From positions 140,244,001-140,308,000 of the forward strand of contig OZ038378.1 of the NCBI GenBank assembly GCA_964036045.1: a stretch of 64,000 nt of DNA, in the 5' to 3' direction. Both the position numbers and the translations under genes were made by a program. The DNA comes from Eutreptiella sp. 'Long Island Sound 2002'. Lineage: Eukaryota > Protista > Euglenida. The notes under the pieces are model-generated. The model was not told the DNA's origin. It made no database searches and saw only the letters and a list, made by a program, of their open reading frames with translations. Below, one piece after another: positions 35,201-45,050 of the stretch (position 1 is the first letter of the stretch; every line of letters begins with the position of its first letter).

Positions 35201-38200
35201 CGTCATACGCAACGTTTCTTGAGCGACATGTTAGCCCGGGGCACCGCACGTGGAGCTGTTGATGTTGTGAACTTGATGTGCAATCGTCGTCAAGATGATG
35301 TGACCGCCGCGGAGTGTGTGAAGACAGCAATAACAACCACTTTTGCCGGGAACAAATTTGTTTCATTGTTAGAACGCAAAAATCGAAATCGCCCAACAAA
35401 AAGAATTGCAGATAAAGTTGTTTTCCGGGTCTCGCGCACAGGTAAAGCTGCTTCACTACAAGCTGTTCTGGATTTGGCAATGATGTACGGCTATCGTGGG
35501 AAGGACCCACGGGTACATTGGCTAAGCCCTTATGAGTTCGTGTCTCGTTGGAGACTAGTTCCTGTGTCTTTTCCTATCAACCCAAGACTAGCGGATGGTG
35601 ATCCAAAGTACCATGCTGATCTCACGTCGGAAGGGCGTGCATACATTTGTACGCAAAAGCTCGAAGGCGAAGGTCATGAATTTCATCCGGGTAAACATTT
35701 CCGAATCCGTAACGCGGGTGGCACTACTTGGATTCCCTTTCCAGATCTACCCCCTCTAGAAAAAGTTAGACATCTTTGGGTTATGGAGTACAACCCACGC
35801 CCCTTCGTGCCCATGTGGATAGGGTCTCCTATGGCACGCAACAATGATCCAGAGCAAACCGCCAAAGTGTGTTCAGCGTATTTCCGTCCATATTGCTTGC
35901 ATCAAGATTCGGCCTCGCAACATGTACCTTATGTTGATGCCCTGAGTGATCCAAAACACGCTTTCCATAGCTCTTGGAAGGCGTATGTTTCTGGGAACAT
36001 ACTGACTCTGCACATGAAAAGAGTCATCCAACAATTTCTGTGTGTTTCTCGTGTACGTTGCAAGGATGATATACTAGACTGTGCTGAAGCAAAGGCGATA
36101 CCACCTTTGAAACTAGATCACACACAATTAGACACGGCACTAAACACAAAAACGGCAAAGAAAGGTGCCAATGAGTCGAAGGACAAACAAATTTCCTCGG
36201 ACTCCGTAACAGGTATTAAACTCGCCCACGAAGCATGGCGTGCCACGAATTTGCCCAACATCAACTTTGAATCTAACGGCCCCGCACCAGTATACTCAAA
36301 CCTTCGCAAGTTGCTACAATCTGCACGCAACACTGCACGTGCGGAGCCCACCACCTCAAAGGGATTCCCTACCAAAACTAATTTAGAGCCAACTGTTGAC
36401 CCCATACCCTCAATATCCCTTTCTAAGGTGGATGCTGCACTAGCAATTTGCATTCCACAATTGAATAAGGGTCAACAAATCTTCCTACAAATAGTTGCTA
36501 ACCGTGTTAAAGAGGAAGTCACTGACGACATCAACGGAATGCATGGTAGTAGTGAGCCTCTGCGTTGGATGCTTCATGGTGGCCCAGGCACAGGGAAGTC
36601 CAAAGCGCTGGGTATAGTAGTTCAATTCTTTGAATTGCTTGGTTATGTCAAAGACAAGCATTTTGAGATTGGGGCTTTTCAAGGGAAGATGGCACGCTTG
36701 ATTGGTGGTTCCACTCTCCATCAACTTGGTGCCATGAACCTTTTTGGGAACGATGCCTCGAAAGAAAAATCAACTTTCCTATTTCTACGCCATTGCACTC
36801 TACGGTGGATCATTATTGACGAAATTAGTATGGTAAGTCCTCGCCTTCTAGCAAAATTTGAGGAACGACTCCGCACACACACCCAAAAGGCGGGAACATA
36901 CAAATGTGACCCGGATGGGACAATACGTCCTTTTGGGGGGTTCAACATCATTCTTTGTGGTGATTTTTGGCAAATACCACCTCCAGGGGAGGACTTCTCT
37001 CTCATGTCAGTACCACCGTCCATGACAGTTGAGCCCACAAAGAAGAACCCTGATGCCCTAACATCCCACGGACTAAATCTGTTATGGGGCAACGCATCCC
37101 AAGGTATTCAAGCAATGACGGAATTAACGGAAAACATGCGCTTTCAAGGAGACCCTCGTTTCCAAGCTGCCTTGGAAGAGTGCCGTCATGGTAAACTACG
37201 TAATGAGACATACGAATGGCTCATGCAATTCGTTCTTTGTGGGCCTCATGATCCCCGCTTGACGACCGACCATTTTTCTAGTGCAAAAATGATTGTCGCT
37301 ACAAACGACCTAAAATACGCAATCAACAAGCAACGCGCCATTCTTTACGCTTCTTCAAATAAAAAACACCTGACTTGGTGTCCTGCATTTGATCGACCAA
37401 CCACAGACAACATCACCAAAACGGATGCGGACACCCGTGTACGTTGGTTGCAATACCATGATCGTTGGACTGCAAACTTATATGCCATGTTACCTCTCGT
37501 ACAAGGATTGCCAATTGCATTAACCGAACACATTGACCGCTCTATCCAAAAGACTTTGTTACGTGGGACGGAAGCCTTTCTTGATAGTTGGATTCTAGAC
37601 GCACGTGAGAACTCCGTGCCAGAGAAAGGCGGTGTACGTATTCTACATTATGTACCCGTCGTGCTTTTCATTGAAGTACCGGATGCCAATTGGATAGTCC
37701 CGGGCTTAACGAGACCCGGCCTTTACCCGATTGTTCCCACTTCAAAGATATGGTACCTAGATAAGAACAAGAAGAACCCCGTTTTAAGTGTTAGCCGCCG
37801 TCAGTTTCCTATCGGTCCTGCATTTGGCATTACCAGCCATAGTTCGCAAGGTCAAACCTTGAATGCTGCCATTATAGACTTGGTAGCAGATGACCCTATT
37901 TTGTGCTATGTTGCACTTAGTCGGGTTCGATGCTCTTCGGATTTGCTCATCTATCGTCATTTTCCTAAGGAAATCTTCCAACGTGGTGACCCGCTTGGTC
38001 CTACATTCCTTCTAAAGAGACTCCGTGAAAAAACTTTGACCTACATCACCACGAGGCATCTTATTTCAATGCAAGTTGCTGCAACTTGTGTGCAGTGTGG
38101 TTGCCAAGACTACCATCATATTGCATCATCCGATCTACCTAATCCCCCACCTTTCACTTGTGATGATTGTGCACATGATGTCACAAAAATGAAGTTTTGC

Positions 38201-40243
38201 AACATATGTGGACTCCCCAAGCCAATGCCAAGCTTTTCTCCTTCCCAGTGGCAAATGCCTTTTGAAGAGCGCCGTTGCAAACAATGTTACAAACAAGTGG
38301 CAAACAAGGTCATTTGCCCTTCTTGCCAACAACAACGCATGGTATCCGAAATTAGTGCAAGAGGTACATGCAACCGATGTACCAAGGTCACTTGCCCTTC
38401 TTGCCAACAAGAGCGCATGGAATCAGAAATCACAGCAAGAGGTACATGCAAACGATGCACCAAGGTCACTTGCCCTTCTTGCCAACAAGAACGCATGGCA
38501 TCAGAAATGAGCGCAAGAGGTACATGCAACCGATGTACCAAGGTCACTTGCCCTTCTTGCCAACAAGAGCGCATGGAATCAGAAATCACAGCAAGAGGTA
38601 CATGCAAACGATGCACCAAGGTCACTTGCCCTTCTTGCCAACAAGAACGCATGGCATCAGAAATGAGCGCAAGAGGTACATGCAACCGATGTACCAAGGT
38701 CACTTGCCCTTCCTGCCAACAAGAGCGCATGGCATCCGAAATTAGTTCAAGAGGTACATGCAACCGATGTACCAAGGTCACGTGCCCTTCTTGCCAACAA
38801 GAGCGCATGGAATCAGAAATGACGGCAAGAGGTACATGCAAACGATGCACCAAGGTCACTTGCCTTTCTTGCCAACAAGAACGCATGGCATCAGAAATGA
38901 GTGCAAGGGGTACATGCAACCGATGTACCAAGGTCACTTGCCCTTCTTGCCAACAACAACGCATGGAATCAGAAATTAGTGCAAGAGGTACATGCAACCG
39001 ATGTACCAAGGTCACTTGCCCTTCTTGCCAACAAGAGCGCATGGCATCCGAAATTAGTTCAAAAGGTACATGCAAGCGATGCACCAAGGTCACTTGTTCT
39101 TCTTGCCAACAAGAGCGCATGGCATCCGAAATGAGTGCAAAAGGTACATGCAACCGATGTACCAAAGTCACTTGTCCTTCTTGCCAACATGAGTGCATGG
39201 CATCACAAATTACTGCAAAAGGGACATGCCAGCAATGCACCAAAGTCACTTGCCCTTCTTGCCAGCAAGAGCGTGTGCACTCCGAATTTGGTAAACATGC
39301 AACGTGCCAACGTTGTAGAACTATCTGCTGCCCATGTTGCAACCTTGAAAGAATGCCTTGTGAATTCAATGCTGGAGGTGCTGACCAAAGATGTGTGCAT
39401 TGTCAAGCCGCGGGACTACAATGCGCCTCGTGCAATGAATTAAAGCCAAAAATATCCTTTACCGCTACCCAAATAGCATTAGGCAGCAACAGAAGATGCA
39501 TACATTGCTCACAAAAACAAAAGAAGCCCACCAAACGTTCATTGCAAGATGCACTACAATGCTTCTCTTGTGGTATTCAGCAGTTGCGTGCAGACTTTAC
39601 AAAGAGCCAATGGAAACTTGGTACCAAAAAGCGTTGTTCTTCGTGTGTTGCTTCAAAAAGTTTCAATCAACTTGACAAACATGAGAAAGGCAAGGAGCAA
39701 TCGTCACACAAAGGTCTCAACGAAAAGCAAACAACCAACATTCGACCACAGGCCATCACTAGTGATGATGAAGAATATGCATTACCCCCGAGAAAAAAGA
39801 GGCATGCTATTCACCAAGAGGAGTCAACTGGTCATCAACCCAAAATTTTCACCAATGACGATGAAGAGCATGTATCACATACAAAGCGAGTTAAGAAGAA
39901 CCAGGCCAAAAAACGGCCTCATGACGATCTACAACCTAAATCTCCCCACAAGCGCAAACCACAAAAAAACCAAGACACCGCATCATCATCCAACATGACC
40001 AAAGCACAATGCCTGCTTGATCTCCCCATTGCTTCATATCCGGCAATGTATGAATATTTGGACAAAAACAATTTTGAAGTTGGCATGCAATTGCTTGGGG
40101 CTACAAACAAAGCTAACATCCGCAAGCAATATCTTCACCTATCAGTAAAGCTTCACCCGGACAAAGATCAAACGAACGTTCATGCCACCGAATGATTTGC
40201 ATTACTTCTTAGGACATATGAGATGTTGCAAAAAATGCCATAA
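32264..40243 (+). CDS. Helitron Rep/helicase: DUF6570-like + HUH-Y2 Rep + PIF1-type helicase + Stc1-like C4 fingers + 13 CxxC repeats + C-terminal J-domain (TGA at 40193-40195 falls inside the J-domain; natural stop TAA 40241-40243)
   Basis: PPFALANEMWIG; AFLFDFGVG; IEGTHEVR...GAPLIVTFSP; IENQKEGVLHIHW; LNGTHPLL..LRCNSDV; YFSDYVAK; GGPGTGKS (36578); IIIDEISMV (36818); FGGFNIILCGDFWQIPP; AFGITSHSSQGQTL; YVALSRV; IRKQYLHLSVKLHPDK...E*FALLLRTYEML. Confidence 0.92.
38306..39319 (+). repeat. Coding 78-bp tandem repeat, 13 units (KVTCPSCQQERMxSEx(S/T)ARGTC(N/K)RCT)
   Basis: AAGGTCA at 38306, 38384, 38462 and onward; translation in the ORF track. Confidence 0.97.
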
Positions 40244-40306
40244 TGCTGCACACTATTAGGCACATCCAAAGTAGTAATGGTGTGCATGCCAGTAGTCAAC
40301 CACAAT

Positions 40307-40398
40307 GTCATGCATGACGCATGTAAGATGTGCGTCACCTGAGGTGACCGGACTCAAGTGGGATCCATGACTTGAGCTTCGCAACCGGTGGCGCCGGT
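40307..40398 (+). terminator. Cluster of four palindromes/hairpins; candidate Helitron 3' terminal signal
   Basis: GTCATGCATGAC (40307-40318), GTCACCT-G-AGGTGAC (40334-40348), CTCAAGT-10nt-ACTTGAG (40353-40376), ACCGG-5nt-CCGGT (40384-40398). Confidence 0.5.
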
Positions 40399-40559
40399 AG
40401 CAATATGGTCATTGGTTTCGCTTGCCGAAGGCCGAAGGGTGATTCCCATTTTGCTTTTGCAAGTCTACCCTTAAAACTCTTTTTGCATATGCATCAACAG
40501 CATTATGATGTAAGCCTAGCAACATCGGCTAGCAAGCGGCGGGCAAATCAAAAGAGCTT

Positions 40560-40560
<1 letters not shown>

Positions 40561-40617
<57 letters not shown>
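40561..40617. repeat. (GT)n microsatellite at the right flank of the Helitron
   Basis: Direct inspection. Confidence 0.98.
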
Positions 40618-40618
<1 letters not shown>

Positions 40619-40639
40619 TATTGTGGCAATGTGGTACAC

Positions 40640-40890
40640 CACCTCCATCAACAACCAGAACCCGGTGCTGTGGGGATTTTGGACAATGTCTAGTCCTGTT
40701 AATCGGATTTTGGCGACCACCTCCACCATCAACCAAGATCCGACGTTGTGGGGATTTTGGATCATGTCTAATCCTGGTAGTCGGTTTCTTGACCTCTTGA
40801 ACACGGTCTACATACAAGCAATACCGACGCTTTGGGGATTTTGCATCATGTCACGTCCTGTTAGTCGTGTGCTTGTAATCCTCTATACAA
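40640..40890. repeat. Three diverged 78-84-bp tandem units (TGGGGATTTTG core)
   Basis: Core at 40671, 40749 and 40833. Confidence 0.75.
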
Positions 40891-41279
40891 CAACGCCGCA
40901 ACCAAATACACCCACCAGCTACTTACTTGCCTGCCGCTTCCGGAGATTGGTAGGGCTACTGGCGAGGACACTCCGGGGCTTTCCAAATCAAAGCCAAATC
41001 AAAAGTCCGGCCATTCGGCCCCCGCAAGTCGGGAACGACGGCAAGGCGGGGCCTCCAGGGTACGTCGGAAAGACCGCCACTAAACCCCTCTATTCTTGGT
41101 TCTCCAAGTACATTTTGTGTTGAGTAATTTACCATCACCCTACAACCCGAATTGGAATGAGACCAATTTTTTTTAAGATGCTCATAATAAAGCAAGGCAA
41201 GTTTCTGTGAATTTGGGCAATTTAATTTTCATAGCGAGATCCCCATCAACAGCTCATCACTCAAGTGTGCATTGCTCAT

Positions 41280-42400
41280 GGCAGTTCTCTGCGAGGTGGA
41301 CATGCCGAGAGCAATAGAATTTTGGGTATTAGGGTATTACCTCCGGGGGGGGGCGGGGGGGGTCTCCCAAGGGATTGGTACACAACCTGCTTATGCAGTT
41401 TTTCACTCTGGACAGCTCAAAAATCGAAGTTTTCGAAACTTGTTTTTTTTTGATGTTGTCATCACCTAAAATGACCATCCAAGGTATGTAAAGCATGTTT
41501 TAGGCCGTATTTACGTGTTTTTCACCCTATTTGGGTATTGGGTTAGGGGGGGGGGGTCTCCCAAGGGATTGGTACACAACCTGCTTATGCAGTTTTTCAC
41601 CTTGGACAGCTCAAAAATCGAAGTTTTGGAATTTTTTTTTTTTGATATTGTCATCACCCAAAATGACCATTCAAGCAATGTAAAGCATGTTTTAGGCTGT
41701 ATTTACGTGTTTGTAACCTTATTCGGGTATTGGGTGGGGGGGGGTCTCCTAGGGGATTGGTACACAACCTGCTTGTGCAGCTTTTCACCGTGGAGAGCTC
41801 AAAAATCGAAGTTTTCGAAACTTGTTTTTTTGATACCGTGATCACCTAAAATGACCATCCAAGGTATGTAAAGCATGTTTTAGGCCGTATTTATGTAGTT
41901 TCCACCCTATTTTGGGTACGTGTTGCTCGGTGTAGATTCTCTGCGAGGTGGACTTGCCGAAGGCAATAGAATTTCGGAAACTGATTTTTTTGATACTTTG
42001 ACCATCCAAAAAGATCAAATATCCTATGTAAAGCATGTTGTAGCCCCTCTTTATGTGTTTTTCACCCTATTTGGGTGTGGGGGGGGGGGGGGGGCTCCCA
42101 AGGGGTATAGGGCACAACCTGCTTGTGCAGTTTTCCCGCCACAGCAACCCAAAAATGTAAATTTCCGAAACTGATTTTTTTGATACTTTGACCATCCAAA
42201 AAGATCAAATATCCTATGTAAAGCATGTTTTAGCCCCTCGTTATGTGTTTTTCACCCTGTTTGGGTGTTGGGGGGGGGGGGGGGGCTCCCAAGGGGTCTA
42301 GGGCACAACCTGCTTGTGCAGTTTTCCCGCCTCAGCAGCTCACAAAAGGTTGTTCCTCTCCCCTCTTCGAGGTGCCTTGCCGAAGGCAATAGAGTTTGTG
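41280..42400. repeat. Second array of the ~190-200-bp satellite (same family as 20.3-25.5 kb), ~5-6 monomers
   Basis: Shares the GGTACACAACCTGCTTATGCAG...AAATGACCATCCAAGGTATGTAAAGCATG monomer and the CTCTGCGAGGTGGAC junction module. Confidence 0.93.
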
Positions 42401-43329
42401 CTTTAAAAAGCCCAGTTTGCAGCAGCCATTTTTCAAAATCATCAATATCAATTTTGCAGAGCCGCTTAAGAGCAACAGCTCGCCGAGGGGCAAGTGGTAC
42501 GTGGTGTGGTTGATGCCCACAACTACGAATTGGTGGTTTATAAAGAACTCAAGGTTGGGCACAACGCCCCCGCCTAGTCCCATTCCTAATAAATTGTTGG
42601 TGTTTGAAGGTCCAAACCCAAGGCGTGCAATCGTTGAGTCCGGTAGTTGCATGCTACTGGGAGTTCTCACGGGCGATGGGTGGGGCCAACCAAATGGCCC
42701 TACAACTCCGCCTCATAACGTGGCACATGAGGTGGGCTAGCACAGTCTTCATGTTGCGCTACGCGCCTGCCAACACCTTAGCGGCATGCAAGGCTCTCGG
42801 CCTCGTGGACCCTGCGGCCACCATGTGTGAGCTGCAATTGGACATCATCCGGCGCCCCTATTTCGGGGGCCAAAGTGTTGTGCATTGACCATGTCGTCAC
42901 AAGTGGTGCACGCCCTAGTGAATGTTGCCGGGAAGCAGCTACGTACCCAATGCCGAACGACGATAACAGCGTACATGTGCAAGGCGTGTGGCGGACCCTT
43001 TCACATGAAGTGTTTGAACCTGACCCCCAACGTGCAAGCCATGGAGGACGGGAACAAGACCGTGATGGTGGACATGGATTGGACGAGACGATAATGGAGG
43101 CTAAGCCTCTACCGTCCCTATGCATGGGGCCGGCGCTCCCCCAACACCCACCCCTACCCCCCACAAAAACCTTTTGAGTGACATGTCTTGTTTGTTGTGC
43201 ATGTCCCGGGTGTTGTGCAGCACTAGCTGTGGAATGGCTCCATTTCATGAGCACTCATTTCGGGGTCAGTTGTGTAGAATACACAGGACACTGAGGACGC
43301 ATGGTTCCATTTGCCCCCGAACGCACTAT

Positions 43330-45050
43330 GTCTTGCACGTGGCCGTGGCAAAAAGAATAGGCTTTTCAGCCGCGGGAACATTGGAGCAAGAGAGGGTGTT
43401 CATGGAAATGATATTTGATCACGTCTTGAAGGAAGAACTTGACTCTCTTTGGGCCCAATTTCCCTTCTTTTCTTCATGCTCTTCGCCCGATTTGACCCTG
43501 GGCGGAAGCATATATTTGTGCCGAAAAGGGGTGTGGACCCTTCAAAATCCCCGGAAATGGAAATTTTCCACGCTTCATATCAAGTGCCAGGCCAAAACCC
43601 GAGAGGGGTTTACCTACCAAATGTTGCCGTGACACGTTTTTTCGTTAGAAATAAAAAAAATCAGAGGGACCTTTGGCTGCTAGCACGTCTCTAAGGTCCC
43701 TAGCCTCCGCCGGCGAGTGCAGGCGGTCGGCACATTGGTGACCCCGATGACCCTACATGGTGTCGCCATCGCCCTACTCTCTGAACAGGAGCCGGGTGGC
43801 CCCAGAACCATGGTGCGTATTGTTGCCAGCAATGGAATTGCCCACCGTGCACGCCCCACGCAGTCAACAATGCCACCAAGAGGCCTCCACCGTGGTGTTG
43901 TACATGGCTGCCAAGGGATGGCTAGCATACACCATCGAATCCTCTTCCTCATTTTTGGGCAGGGCCATCTCCTTCGGGCAGTGGAAACGGGTTACCATTG
44001 GCAAGACCCGAGTCACGAACACATGGTAAGTCTTGCCCAGAGCATGGCTAGGGAGACAGCAAGCACCAGTTTGTGGCATGTCCCCGGTTTGAATGGCTGT
44101 TGCATTGCACCAAGGGTACAGAAGCGGGGAGGGTGCTTGTTGGTCAATCATAAATGTTGTCTCCATTGATCACGTCCGCCTTTCGGCGACAAATAGGAAC
44201 CAAGACATGGGTCGACCTCGTGGCCACATGGTGCAAGCTCAAGGACGCAAGCCCGGATGAGAAGATGCATGCGTTGGCGGGGCATGTCATGGAGGCCGGT
44301 TACGTGAGAAGGGTATGCCACCCATCTAAGGGCAATTACGAGGTTGGCGCGAGAGGATGGGGCATTGGGTGCCAAAGAGCTCCTGGAGGACATCATCTCT
44401 CTGTATTGAAGGCGCATGAACAGCACCAATGTTCCAGGTGCCACTAGGTTGCAGCCACTGCAATTCTTTGACCATCTATACGGTGATGGCTTACACCAGA
44501 AACTTTGGCGCATGGCGAAGTTCACCTTGGATCACGATGCCAAAGATCGCCGATCCTTCGGTGGATTGGAGACGGTACACCTCTTCTCAATGTTGTACAG
44601 GATTAGGGTCTAGTGGAAGTTGTACGTTTTGGCGTTGCTCTCATTCGTGGCCGTCCTCAAGGTGGCGCAAACCGTATCTGTCCGTAGATGGGGTTTGGGG
44701 GACGGCTCATTCACTTTCGGGGGCGTCAAAAATAGTTGGTGCCCCTTCGGGAGAGACGTGGGCCTATACTCGTTGGCATGGGCCATGTGGCTCAAGTAGT
44801 ACAGGAGCATCGGTGAGCGCGGATCTGCACTACTTTGTGCACAAGGAACTTCCTAGCTTGAGGACCGCATCACAAAGGTGGTGTTGGGGACGGAGTACGA
44901 AGCACACTACTTGCACTTCTAGGGGAGGGGGGGGGGGGGGGGGGCATTGTTACTGAAGTGGCTTGGCGTGCCGATCGACGACATCGGCCAATGCTGGGGC
45001 CGTTGGGGTTCCAAGTGCGTGGCCGCCGTGTACATGCCCCGCGACCTTGA
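43330..45050 (+). mobile_element. Decayed tyrosine-recombinase retrotransposon (RT - RNase H - YR order; DIRS/Ngaro-like)
   Basis: RT-like MIFDHVL...FTYQM (43400-43625); RNase H-like segment ending INVVSIDHVR (~44150); YR-like LFSMLYRIRV (~44590) and LGVPIDDIGQCWGRWGSKCVAAVY (44962-45033). Multiple frameshifts. Confidence 0.55.

Larger units (their letters stand above)
28810..40500 (+). mobile_element. Helitron-type rolling-circle transposon carrying USP, zinc-finger array and DnaJ cargo domains (boundaries approximate)
   Basis: HUH motif LHIHW (34301-34309), Y2 motif YFSDYVAK (35066-35089), and PIF1 helicase motifs I-VI in one ORF. Composition is distinct from the flanks, and a palindrome cluster lies downstream. 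Confidence 0.9.

Noticed and set aside
40244-40500. Possible SECIS element explaining the in-frame UGA codons
   Set aside because: ATGA motifs are present, but I could not find the AUGA/GA quartet with a correctly spaced stem and apical AA. Two of the three UGAs are not at Cys-like positions.
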